64,000 nt of DNA from contig OY969585.1 in NCBI GenBank assembly GCA_963701295.1, forward strand, positions 2,624,001-2,688,000, written 5' to 3'. The position numbers were made by a program, and so were the translations under genes. The number at the start of each line of letters is the position of its first letter. Within the stretch, counting starts at the first letter, position 1. The stretch comes from Ignavibacteriota bacterium (GTDB taxonomy: Bacteria; Bacteroidota; Ignavibacteria; UBA10030). Of the stretch, positions 50,144 through 59,924 are shown piece by piece. Under the pieces are notes generated by a model. The model had not been told where the DNA came from and did no database searches. It saw nothing but the letters and a program-made list of their open reading frames with translations.

Positions 50144-51793
50144 TTATCTTGCATGTAAAGCCGGAACTAGCCAAATAGGGTTTGTTAAACAAAAATGAGG
50201 CTGTGCATCATTTGAGTCGGACGACGACGTCCATACCTCTGCGCGGATGTAACTCTTTCTCTTGATCTCTAGTGAAAAATTCCTAGTGATAGTATATTTC
50301 TGAAATAGTTTTTCATAGATGACCACCGTCTCTCTTACACCTGTACTACCCATAAAGACTTTGACAAAATCAATTGAACCATATTCACTTGAAGAGCTGA
50401 CTTCAAGTGAAACCGAGTGTGTATCTCCTGTGATTATTTTTCCGATTGAACTGATTTGATGTGTTGGAGAGTTTATGAACAAATTAATGGCAGGTCCATC
50501 TGTGACAATAGTTTTTCCCGAGTGAATAGCACTCAGGATGTTCTCCTCAGAAAGTGATTCAAGATAGACCCCAGTTCTCATCTTGCCAAACAATTGGTGT
50601 CCAGTTTCTCGAATTTTCAAGAAAGGAATACCAATCTGTCGAAAGCGATTGAAGTTACCATGAGCATCGTCGCCAGCGAGAACAAATATTTGTTTACCCT
50701 CTAACAATGCTTCTATCCATTGGCGATAACCCTCCCAAAAACCGTCAGATACGTATCCATTGACGAACTGAATTCCGGTGAGCTGAGGGTGGATAAAATC
50801 TTGTTGAAGCCATTTACCTCGCCGTAATAACAATCTCTGAAGAAAGGAAATCCGTTCTTTCGGATGAGCCGCAAAAGAAAGCACAGACAGATCGACACTC
50901 TTCATAATTTCATTGACATTGTGTTCGCTGCGTGTTTTAAGCCAAAGTTCAGCCCCATCTCCTGAGCCATAGAAAAATTTTCGATTACCAAGAAGCAGCA
51001 GATGAATATTTTGGTTTTTGGAGTTACGGCAGGTTACTTCTTCGCCGCGGACGATCACAAAGTCCTGATGCTTGGAGTTGTGATTATCTACTTCCTGCTG
51101 TAATAAACTCCATTTGGGCAAATTCGAATCATTCACCAAATAGTTATCGATTGAATCATCCAAATCATATGAATGGTCGGTTACACAAAAAAACGATAAA
51201 CCAAGCGCAAGGCTTAACTGAGTCGAAGCTTCCAGTGGTGCACCAAATTCGACTTGATCGTCTGTATAAGAGGAGTGTGAGTGGCATTCTCCAAAGTGAA
51301 GATGTTCAAATCGCGGCAGAGGAGAAGGTGCAACGAAAATCTTCAATGGCTGATGAGATGAAGTTCGATGGTTGTCATTATGATAAGACAATTGTTTTTT
51401 TCCATCATTGATCTCAAATAGTACATCGCATTCTATAATGCCGCTTATATCTTCTAAAGGAACTTTATATATCCTCCACCAGAGCTTTTCAGTCAATTCA
51501 ACAGGGGATTTCAGCAATTCCTTTTCTATAATTTTTTTCCCAGCTTTTCGAATGACGACGCTCACTTTGTTTAATTTAAGTGGAAATTGGTGTGCATCCT
51601 TCACAAGAACGAGAATAGGCAGAAGTTGATTGGGTTCTATTCGGTGAGGTGCATCAGCAATGATCTCCGGTTCGTGTTTCCGTAAAAAGCTGAAAAAAAA
51701 TCGAAACCGATAATGTGTTTCAGCGTAGAGAAAAACAGGAAGCATTTGCAGTAAGGAGGGAAGAAGGTCAGTCAAAACTCCCGCCCTTTCCAT
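50144..51793 (-). CDS. PHP-domain (CehA/McbA-like) metallohydrolase
   Basis: HSHSSY, VTDH, GEEV, AAHP, GDDAHG; true start may be ~45 nt downstream. Confidence 0.75.
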   Translation of the reverse strand: MERAGVLTDLLPSLLQMLPVFLYAETHYRFRFFFSFLRKHEPEIIADAPHRIEPNQLLPILVLVKDAHQFPLKLNKVSVVIRKAGKKIIEKELLKSPVELTEKLWWRIYKVPLEDISGIIECDVLFEINDGKKQLSYHNDNHRTSSHQPLKIFVAPSPLPRFEHLHFGECHSHSSYTDDQVEFGAPLEASTQLSLALGLSFFCVTDHSYDLDDSIDNYLVNDSNLPKWSLLQQEVDNHNSKHQDFVIVRGEEVTCRNSKNQNIHLLLLGNRKFFYGSGDGAELWLKTRSEHNVNEIMKSVDLSVLSFAAHPKERISFLQRLLLRRGKWLQQDFIHPQLTGIQFVNGYVSDGFWEGYRQWIEALLEGKQIFVLAGDDAHGNFNRFRQIGIPFLKIRETGHQLFGKMRTGVYLESLSEENILSAIHSGKTIVTDGPAINLFINSPTHQISSIGKIITGDTHSVSLEVSSSSEYGSIDFVKVFMGSTGVRETVVIYEKLFQKYTITRNFSLEIKRKSYIRAEVWTSSSDSNDAQPHFCLTNPIWLVPALHAR

Positions 51794-52866
51794 TTTACTT
51801 TTCCTCCGAAAAATACTAAGAATGGAAGGAGCATAACATAGATAATAAAGTATAGTTCAAAGCAGTAAAACCAACGCAATTCATCAGTTCGATCAAGTTG
51901 TTTGAGAATTTTATAAAGAAATATATAGTCAACAATAAACTTGATCATAAACGCTGTCGCAGTTTGCACAATCCCGCCCCAATACAACATAATAAGAGGG
52001 GAAAGATGCATGAAAAAACTGATAACCATGATAGCCAGTCCAGCCGGTTTCATACCAAGTCCGCCTTTGCCCCAACGGTGTTTTTGGCTAAGAAGTGTGA
52101 GTAAGTTTGAACATGGCTTACTTTCTACAAGATGTTTTGGATCGAGCGGATAACAGTATTGCCAATTTTGAGAGCCAACGATTGCTTGAACGACAGTGTA
52201 ATCCTCTGTCACACTGAATTTCAATTTGCGATATCCGCCAATTTGATCATACGCTGACTTTCGAAATGAAAGGTTGTTACCAATACTTCCAAGAGGATGT
52301 TTTAAACTTGCTGCTGCTGCCGCTGTACCAAGAATGAACGCCCAGTCAAGAGACTGCATTCCTTCAAAAGGTGTTGCAGCTTTTTGAAGTGTGAATCCGC
52401 CAATCAGCCCAACTTTGTCACCATATCTCTTTGAAGTTTGTTCAACCCAAGTCGGCGGAACCGTGCAATCAGCATCGGTAATGAGAATTATTTCTCCCTT
52501 GGTCACGTCAATGCCTTGGGCTAATGCGTTTGCCTTGCCTCGCAGGTGTGCATCGTCTTGAATGTGAACTAATTTAATGTGTGGATAACGCTGAATGAAG
52601 TTCTGGCAGATAGCTTCTGTTTTGTCAGTTGATCCGTCGTTGACTACGATAATTTCGTATTGAGACGTCGGATAGGTCTGGTTTGCTACAGATTCAAGAC
52701 AATTCGGAAGGTTTGTCTCTTCATTTCGCGCTGCTATGATAACTGAGACAAAAAGTCCGGATGAATCCACTATATAATCTCGATTACGCCTAAGTCCAAG
52801 GAAAAATATCCCTGCCTGACAGAGATAAAGAGTTGTAACAATTATCAGAAATGTTTCAAAAGTCAT
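51772..52866 (-). CDS. membrane glycosyltransferase family 2
   Basis: AARNEE, DGSTD, TDADC, TED, QKHRW. Confidence 0.9.
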   Translation of the reverse strand: MTFETFLIIVTTLYLCQAGIFFLGLRRNRDYIVDSSGLFVSVIIAARNEETNLPNCLESVANQTYPTSQYEIIVVNDGSTDKTEAICQNFIQRYPHIKLVHIQDDAHLRGKANALAQGIDVTKGEIILITDADCTVPPTWVEQTSKRYGDKVGLIGGFTLQKAATPFEGMQSLDWAFILGTAAAAASLKHPLGSIGNNLSFRKSAYDQIGGYRKLKFSVTEDYTVVQAIVGSQNWQYCYPLDPKHLVESKPCSNLLTLLSQKHRWGKGGLGMKPAGLAIMVISFFMHLSPLIMLYWGGIVQTATAFMIKFIVDYIFLYKILKQLDRTDELRWFYCFELYFIIYVMLLPFLVFFGGKVKWKGREF

Positions 52867-53507
52867 CTTGGCAACGGTTCAAAATTAAATCTCTTCTCCA
52901 GTAATTTATCAAGGAGAACTGGAAGATACGTGTAAAGTTTTTGAGCGGTGTCTTTGTTGTCGTGAAAAAGAAAAATGGAACCATTCGATGGCTGGTGCAG
53001 AACACGTTGTTCAATATCAAATTGTCTCTTCAATCGGTAGTCCTTGCTATCTATACTCCAGAGGACACAGGTTGATCCAATCTCTTTGAGCACATTCAGA
53101 ATTGTTAAATTAAAGTAGCCATAAGGAGGGCGGAAATATCGCGTCCGCTTACCTAAATATGATTCCAAGATATCCTCTGTCTGAATTATTTCATTTCGTA
53201 TAAAAGCTTTGTCCTTAAAGAATAAATTCGTGTGGGTATAGGAATGATTTCCGATATGATGACCTTCTGTAGCGACTTGTCGGGCAATGTCAGGATATTG
53301 TTGAACATTTTGCCCGAGGAAAAAGAAAGTCGCAAGAATATTTCGTTCTCTGAGAATGTTCAGAACGGCCGGTGTTGCTGTCGGATGTGGTCCGTCGTCA
53401 AATGTGAGATGAATCCCTGCAGTGGTTGTCGTGAAGAGAACCGAAGGAAAAAGCAACTGCAAGATTCGCGCATCGCATCTCATCGCCGAATTGTACGTCC
53501 TTTCCAC
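52863..53507 (-). CDS. polysaccharide deacetylase (NodB/CE4)
   Basis: TFDDGP, HSYTH, RPPYG, LFHD. Confidence 0.92.
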   Translation of the reverse strand: MERTYNSAMRCDARILQLLFPSVLFTTTTAGIHLTFDDGPHPTATPAVLNILRERNILATFFFLGQNVQQYPDIARQVATEGHHIGNHSYTHTNLFFKDKAFIRNEIIQTEDILESYLGKRTRYFRPPYGYFNLTILNVLKEIGSTCVLWSIDSKDYRLKRQFDIEQRVLHQPSNGSIFLFHDNKDTAQKLYTYLPVLLDKLLEKRFNFEPLPR

Positions 53508-54610
53508 CGCATTGAAGCAATCTGTCCAACAGCAGCAGCAATGACAATATACGGAACGTGCAAAAACTCTGCAATCAGAAAGTGGAATATGGGAATGCGC
53601 TGTCGAAATAACCGCGCTCCGGAGCGAAGCGCGAAATAATCCACTAATATTTTACAGCCGAATGCTAGGAGAAGCGGTTGGATAAGCTGCGGTTCACGGA
53701 AAAGTAATATCATTGTCAGAAGCATACTTGCAAAAAATATATACAGACCAACGAGCGTGAATAAAATCGATTTATCTTCGTAATGGCCGCGTTTGTTTGC
53801 CCAGCGGATACGCTGACAAAAGAATGTTGATATTGTATTGGATGAGCTTGTCGTTACGACTGCATTTGCTTCTGGAGCAAATACAACTTTGCCAATTTTC
53901 CTATGTACCATTTTATTCATCAGGGATTCGTCATCATTGGAACTGCTCTCTGTGTCAAAACCCTCGATTGTTATAAATGCATCTTTCCGATAGGCAAGAT
54001 TTGCACCATTACAGATAATCGGACGCCCAGAACCGATCAATCCGGCTGCTGTTGTGATGAGTCCAAGAAATTCCAATTGTTCCATCTTTGCAAAAAAAGT
54101 ATTGGTATCGCATTCTGCAACGGGTCCCGCAACAAACACAACGTCTTCTTCAAAGTGATTGGCTATAATTTCAATCCACTTCGGCGGAACGATACAGTCG
54201 GCGTCTGTGGTTAGTATAATTTCTCCGGTTGCATGAGCAATACCTTTCGCAAGAGCGATTGGCTTACGTCCGATTTTTTGTGCAGAATCAAACATCGGAG
54301 AGAGAAGGTGAATGTTGGCGAAACGTTCAGCAAAGGATTTGACGATGGAAGCAGTCTTGTCCGTAGATCCATCGTCAACAATAATAATCTCGTAGCTGTT
54401 GTTGGGATAGGTTTGCTTGAGCAATGATTGAATGCATTTTTCAATATTGTTCTCTTCATTTCTTGCCGCCACTACAATGCTTATACGAGGCTTTATATTT
54501 TTAGGCTGTGCAAACTGAAGAGAAAGCAAACCAATACGCACACGCGTAATAAAATACATGTAATAAATTGAAGACAGCAATAGTACGCCGAGTGTTATAA
54601 TTTCAATCAT
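53480..54610 (-). CDS. membrane glycosyltransferase family 2
   Basis: AARNEE, DDGSTD, TDADC, CNGANLAY, QRIRW. Confidence 0.9.
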   Translation of the reverse strand: MIEIITLGVLLLSSIYYMYFITRVRIGLLSLQFAQPKNIKPRISIVVAARNEENNIEKCIQSLLKQTYPNNSYEIIIVDDGSTDKTASIVKSFAERFANIHLLSPMFDSAQKIGRKPIALAKGIAHATGEIILTTDADCIVPPKWIEIIANHFEEDVVFVAGPVAECDTNTFFAKMEQLEFLGLITTAAGLIGSGRPIICNGANLAYRKDAFITIEGFDTESSSNDDESLMNKMVHRKIGKVVFAPEANAVVTTSSSNTISTFFCQRIRWANKRGHYEDKSILFTLVGLYIFFASMLLTMILLFREPQLIQPLLLAFGCKILVDYFALRSGARLFRQRIPIFHFLIAEFLHVPYIVIAAAVGQIASMRWKGRTIRR

Positions 54611-55616
54611 GGAGATGTGTTTTTGATTGAGAAAATAATGATTGAAACATAGTCCATGCGGTAACGTGTGTGTGCTTCAAGAAGATGGTTCCGCAAATAC
54701 TTGGAAATAATACATTGATAACAAAGAGCAGCAGCGATGCATTTAAAGCAGCCGCTTGTGAAATACCGAACGTCGAAAAAAAGAAAACTGATCCTGCTTC
54801 ACGAATACCAAGGTCTCCCAAAGAAATCGGGATACAAGATTTCACAAACATCATCGCACTTGTTCCTATAAATGCATGGAACAGAGTGATCTCGCCGAAT
54901 GCATGGATGAAATAGAACATTTGTACTACCAGAACCCCGTGAAAAAAAAGTGTGCAGAGGAGTGTCGTAAACAACTGTTGCGGCTTCAAGAGAGTAAATC
55001 CATCAAGCACTCTTGTTACCCATGACTTTTGGAAAAATGAAGCATTGAGACGATGTCCTAATACTGCCAACAGATCCATGCGCATAAAGAATACGAGAGA
55101 AAGAAATACGATAAAAAAAGATAGTGTAACAATGAAGAACGAGTCTCTTGAATATAAAAATAAAAGACTTATCGCACCGGCTGCGCTTGTGACAACAAAT
55201 ATTTGCGCTTTATCGAGAAGAGCCAAACCAACCAAATGAGATTTTCTTGCATCAGCAATATGCAAGGCGCGTCCGGCAAAATCACCAATTTCGCCGGGCG
55301 TAAAGGAACCGAAGGAAATTCCAAGCATCACCGAGCCGAACGCTTCCCAAAATGTAGGCCTATTCTTCACAGAGTGAAGCATAATACGCCACTTCAGAGT
55401 TCTGATACTAAGATTCGCAAAGAGTAAGAGTCCGCCGATAAGGATGTATCTACCATCCGCGGATTGATATGCAGAAAGTACATTCTGCCATGTTACTAAG
55501 GAGACAACAAAGTAGAGAACGATCACACTAATGACGATACGAGTCACTACCGAGATCAATCTTTTCCGGATCTCTCCAGTCCTAATTTTATCTACACTTT
55601 TTAACTTTGTTTCCAT
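54603..55616 (-). CDS. lysylphosphatidylglycerol-synthase TM / flippase-like protein
   Basis: TPGEIGD..GR, PISLGDLGIRE; multi-TM. Confidence 0.85.
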   Translation of the reverse strand: METKLKSVDKIRTGEIRKRLISVVTRIVISVIVLYFVVSLVTWQNVLSAYQSADGRYILIGGLLLFANLSIRTLKWRIMLHSVKNRPTFWEAFGSVMLGISFGSFTPGEIGDFAGRALHIADARKSHLVGLALLDKAQIFVVTSAAGAISLLFLYSRDSFFIVTLSFFIVFLSLVFFMRMDLLAVLGHRLNASFFQKSWVTRVLDGFTLLKPQQLFTTLLCTLFFHGVLVVQMFYFIHAFGEITLFHAFIGTSAMMFVKSCIPISLGDLGIREAGSVFFFSTFGISQAAALNASLLLFVINVLFPSICGTIFLKHTHVTAWTMFQSLFSQSKTHLHD

Positions 55617-56743
55617 TCAAACTTTTTAAAAATACCAAGAGGACCGATGAGTGAATTGTAGAGAACATATAAAGCTTCCATAATAATGAATGAGCGGCTG
55701 TATGTGCTGGCATCGAATGTGCGTGCTGAGAAAAAAAACAATATTGTATCTGCAAAGAGCTTTGTTACAATACACGCAATGACAAACGGAATTGATAACA
55801 TGTGAAACAAAAATAAAAAAGGGGAGAAGAAGAGTAAAAAGTTTGTCAAGTGATAGAAAAAGAAAAACAGCATCATGGGGAATGAAAACACCTTGGATGC
55901 AGAGAAATGTCGCTTGCGTTGCTCGACAAATGAACAGAAATCTGCAGGCGGTACTGTTGGGACAAAACTTTCTCTCGTTTTTACGTAGCGAATTTTCCAA
56001 TTCGTTTGTCTGCGAACGAGCTGCAAGAAGAGATCATCATCGCCACTGATAGACTGTTTGATTTTCTCAAAGCCGCCAACCTCGTCATAAACCTTTCTGC
56101 GGTATGCAAGATTCCTCCCTGTACAAAGCCAACCGAGATTCCAGCCAATAGCACCAGACGACCAAATTGCCGCGCGGAATTCTTCATATGCAATAAACTT
56201 AAAGAACATATTTCTCAAGATTCTGTTCGTTATTGTTTTGCCAGATGGAATTGTATAAGGAGAATAGCCGGCGACTAGTCCAACTTTAAGCTCAAATTGC
56301 TGTACCAATTCTTCTACCCATGTAGAGGGAGGAAAACAATCTGCATCTGTAAAACAAAGAATTTCACCTTTACTTGCATTAATTCCTGCTCTGAGCGCAT
56401 TTTTCTTCGTCGGCATATCGCTCGGAACGGTTGTGATGTCTATTCTCTTGATGGAAGGATTTTCCTTTTGAAAGTCAGCAACGATAGCGGCTGTATTATC
56501 CGTCGAACGGTCATTGATGATAATGAGTTCATAATAAGGATATGTTTGCAGTGACAGACATTCAAGTACACGTTCAATGGTTTTTTCTTCATTGCGCGCC
56601 GCTACAATGACAGAAACAAATGGCTGAAGAGGGCTTTTTGCTTGCTTGCAGCGCCTGAGACCTGTGGTTAAGCCAATATGAACAGCAAGATAAAAAGCCG
56701 CGGCAAGTAGAAGAACCAATTTGATGACTATGAAAATTTCCAT
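55601..56743 (-). CDS. membrane glycosyltransferase family 2
   Basis: AARNEE, DRSTD, TDADC, SGDDDL, QRKRH. Confidence 0.9.
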   Translation of the reverse strand: MEIFIVIKLVLLLAAAFYLAVHIGLTTGLRRCKQAKSPLQPFVSVIVAARNEEKTIERVLECLSLQTYPYYELIIINDRSTDNTAAIVADFQKENPSIKRIDITTVPSDMPTKKNALRAGINASKGEILCFTDADCFPPSTWVEELVQQFELKVGLVAGYSPYTIPSGKTITNRILRNMFFKFIAYEEFRAAIWSSGAIGWNLGWLCTGRNLAYRRKVYDEVGGFEKIKQSISGDDDLFLQLVRRQTNWKIRYVKTRESFVPTVPPADFCSFVEQRKRHFSASKVFSFPMMLFFFFYHLTNFLLFFSPFLFLFHMLSIPFVIACIVTKLFADTILFFFSARTFDASTYSRSFIIMEALYVLYNSLIGPLGIFKKFEWKQS

Positions 56744-56968
56744 TATGTCATAATCGGAAATAATGGGTTCTTTTGCAACGTCTAAAATGAAATCAGGATA
56801 CCCCGGAAATTATTTCACTTTGATTGAAAATCGAATGTCTGCAACCTATAACAAAGAAAGGGCTAATGCAATCCGCTTCCAGATGCTCATATCTCACATG
56901 CAACTCTTTAAGAAAGACCATTGTTTAAAGTATATAATGAGAAACAATGTTTTATAACTCAATCAGAA

Positions 56969-58396
56969 ATGCAAACAACAAATCAAATAGTAAATAAACC
57001 CAGTGGCACAGATCGATCTGAAAAAGAAAAGGAATTCAACTGGCCGCTGTGTTATGACGCGGAACAACTCGTCCTGGAGCGTATCAAAGCGTTTCTTTCA
57101 CGCAACACCTTTGCAGCAAGGTTAGCGGATCGGATGCGCAATGAAACCGGCACGCTGATGATCGATTGGATAGACCACTTAGTTTTATCGGAGCAAGATG
57201 AACCTGCAGTTCGCAAGGTTGGTTTTGCAGAAGACCTCTTAGCTGGACCATCAATCGAAGGCCAAAAATATTTCTATCATCCCGAGGCAATGCTGCCGCG
57301 CATTATTATTGATCAAAATGTCAACAGCAATGAATCCCCAACGACACTGGCGATACACGTGGACAGTATTTCCGATTTTATAGCAGTTCACGGGATCATT
57401 GCCAAGATAGAAGGAGAACCACTCACACGTTTTCGCAGGGTTAGAGCTTCCGCTGAAAACGGTACCAACTTTGATGTCGTAGAACGATGCGGCTATCGCG
57501 GTTATGAGGCGGAGAAACCGAATTCAAGCATAACGAACGACGTGCTTCAAGCGCAGAAACTTTGGAAAGAACGACAAAGGATTTTTACCGATGATGCAGA
57601 TGGATTTCATCAAACACATGCTCTGCTTGATCGTGTGATTGCTTTAGTTGACTGCGACCTCGCGTGCCACATAATGTTTGCTGAGGAGCGGGCTTACTGG
57701 GAACATCGTAACAGCGCGGCACAAATTCAAAAGCGGCGCCAGGATAAACTTGGATTAGGATGGGCAAATCACGATCATCATACATTTCGTAGCTCTCGAG
57801 CCAATTTTGTTGAACTGATACGAGCATTTGAAAAGCTCGGCTTCAAACGGCGTGAGCGTTATTATGCAGGTGCCCAAGCAGGATGGGGAGCACAAATTCT
57901 GGAACAACCTGTGGAAGGAATCGTTGTTTTTTGCGATGTGGATTTAGAACCTGAAGAAACAAAAATTGATTTTTCGCGCAAAACATTGCCAGCATCAAAA
58001 AAATTAGGTACTATCGGATTGTGGGTTGGATTGCACGGCGAAAGTTTTCTTGAAGCAGGCATGCATCATCTGGAGTGCCGCTTTGATTACGGTTTACTGC
58101 GTAAGCAACTCGCGGCAGAAGGCATCAACACGATGGATCCATTTTCAGATTTTCCATTCCTCACGCAGGCGTTTACAGAAGGAGAGCGCTGGCCGGTGAG
58201 ACGCGAAAGTGCGGAAAAACTTTTGCGAGCTGGACTAATCGATGAAAAGCAATACAATCGATTCGTGAGCGAAGGCGCGATTGGAAGCCATCTGGAAAAT
58301 CTGCAGCGCAAAGGCGGATTCAAAGGATTCAACCAAGAGTCGGTCAGTGTGATCATTCGAGAAACAGACCCGCGGAAACAAGGGCACGGTGCTTAA
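56969..58396 (+). CDS. hypothetical protein, putative VOC-fold (HPPD/HglS-like) Fe(II) dioxygenase
   Basis: long clean ORF; DHHTFRS, MHHLE, LENLQRKGGFKGFN motifs. Confidence 0.6.
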   Translation: MQTTNQIVNKPSGTDRSEKEKEFNWPLCYDAEQLVLERIKAFLSRNTFAARLADRMRNETGTLMIDWIDHLVLSEQDEPAVRKVGFAEDLLAGPSIEGQKYFYHPEAMLPRIIIDQNVNSNESPTTLAIHVDSISDFIAVHGIIAKIEGEPLTRFRRVRASAENGTNFDVVERCGYRGYEAEKPNSSITNDVLQAQKLWKERQRIFTDDADGFHQTHALLDRVIALVDCDLACHIMFAEERAYWEHRNSAAQIQKRRQDKLGLGWANHDHHTFRSSRANFVELIRAFEKLGFKRRERYYAGAQAGWGAQILEQPVEGIVVFCDVDLEPEETKIDFSRKTLPASKKLGTIGLWVGLHGESFLEAGMHHLECRFDYGLLRKQLAAEGINTMDPFSDFPFLTQAFTEGERWPVRRESAEKLLRAGLIDEKQYNRFVSEGAIGSHLENLQRKGGFKGFNQESVSVIIRETDPRKQGHGA

Positions 58397-58484
58397 TTTT
58401 TAAAATGTTAAAGTAGATATTCCGAAGAAAAATTCTTCTTTAAACCGGCTTGACACATTCGCAACACACTATTCTTGGCATTTC

Positions 58485-58513
58485 TTGACTCTCCGTCAAA
58501 AATGCAATATCTT
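58485..58513 (+). promoter_or_regulatory. putative sigma70 promoter upstream of M16 peptidase
   Basis: TTGACT-17 nt-TATCTT; favours start at GTG 58568 over TTG 58475. Confidence 0.45.
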
Positions 58514-58567
58514 CATAAAAGAAATATATTTTCATCAAAAACCAAAATTCGTTTTTCATCGGGTTAT

Positions 58568-59896
58568 GTGAATCAAAAGGCAAAGTTGAAAACATTTAAG
58601 AGATTACATTCGTCATCCTCCACTAAAACCGAAGCGACATACCAGAAAACCACCCTTCCGAATGGAGTTCGTGTTGTCACCGAAGCGATTCCGCACGTAC
58701 GTTCTCTATCGCTCGGATTTTGGATTGAAACCGGCTCACGGGACGAATTACCGGCGAAAAACGGCATTTCACATTTCATAGAGCATATGGTATTCAAAGG
58801 CACAAAAAAACGCTCTATCAAAGAAATTGCCCAGAGCATCGAATCCGTCGGTGGATATCTCAATGCATTTACAAGCAAAGAACATACTTGTTTTTATGCA
58901 CGAGTACTTGATGAACATCTGGAGTTGGCAACCGATGTCCTTTCCGATATGGTATTCTCGCCGACATTCCCGGAGAAAGAGCTTCTGAAAGAAAAAAATG
59001 TCGTTCTAGAAGAATTGAAACAAGCGGAAGACGATCCGGATGATATCATACACGATTACTTTGAAAAAGCTATTTTTAAGACGCATCCGCTTGGTATGCC
59101 GGTCATCGGAACGAAAGAATCTATTTCTTCTTTTTTGAGGAAAGATCTCATTCAATATAAATCGGAACAGTACACATCGAATAATCTTGTCATTGCGGCG
59201 GCAGGGAATATTAGGCACGAGATGATTGTTGAATTAGCAAATCGTTATCTCAAAAATATCCTATCGAATACAAAGCAGAAAAGAGCCGGGAAATCCGGTT
59301 CGAATATTGAAGAGCCGAATTATGTTTTGAGTGAGTATTATAAGCCTATTCAACAAGCCCATATTTGTCTTGGCACCATCGGTTGTAGTGTAAAAAATGA
59401 AAAGCGCTTTGCCATGCAAGTACTGAACACACTGCTGGGCGATGGAATGAGTTCTAGATTGTTTCAAAACATTCGGGAGAAATACGGATTTGCTTATGCT
59501 GTCTATAGTTTCAACAATATGATGCAAGATACTGGTTCAGTAGGAGTCTACGTTGGAACGGATGACTCTCATGTTCAACGGTGCATTGATCTTGTGTGGA
59601 AAGAATTGAAATCTGTACGCAAACACGCTATCAAAACACAGGAATTGGAACGAACGAAGGCACAATTGAAAGGGAACCTGATGCTGGGGATGGAAAATAT
59701 TCCTAACCGGATGATACGATTAGGCAGTTCAGAGTTGTATTTTGGAGAATTGATAACACTGGATGCGATCATCGCAAAGATTGATGCAGTGACAAAAGAT
59801 GAAGTTCAGGAAATGGCTGAAGGGTTATTCGTCGAGGATCGTTTCGCGACGGTTATCTTTCATCCGAACGGAAAACACGAAACACAATCTGAATAA
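58568..59896 (+). CDS. M16 (pitrilysin) family zinc peptidase
   Basis: HFIEH (HxxEH), NAFTSKE, SSRLFQNIREKYG; start uncertain. Confidence 0.92.
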   Translation: MNQKAKLKTFKRLHSSSSTKTEATYQKTTLPNGVRVVTEAIPHVRSLSLGFWIETGSRDELPAKNGISHFIEHMVFKGTKKRSIKEIAQSIESVGGYLNAFTSKEHTCFYARVLDEHLELATDVLSDMVFSPTFPEKELLKEKNVVLEELKQAEDDPDDIIHDYFEKAIFKTHPLGMPVIGTKESISSFLRKDLIQYKSEQYTSNNLVIAAAGNIRHEMIVELANRYLKNILSNTKQKRAGKSGSNIEEPNYVLSEYYKPIQQAHICLGTIGCSVKNEKRFAMQVLNTLLGDGMSSRLFQNIREKYGFAYAVYSFNNMMQDTGSVGVYVGTDDSHVQRCIDLVWKELKSVRKHAIKTQELERTKAQLKGNLMLGMENIPNRMIRLGSSELYFGELITLDAIIAKIDAVTKDEVQEMAEGLFVEDRFATVIFHPNGKHETQSE

Positions 59897-59924
59897 TTTG
59901 TGCGTGATAAATGAAACATTCATA

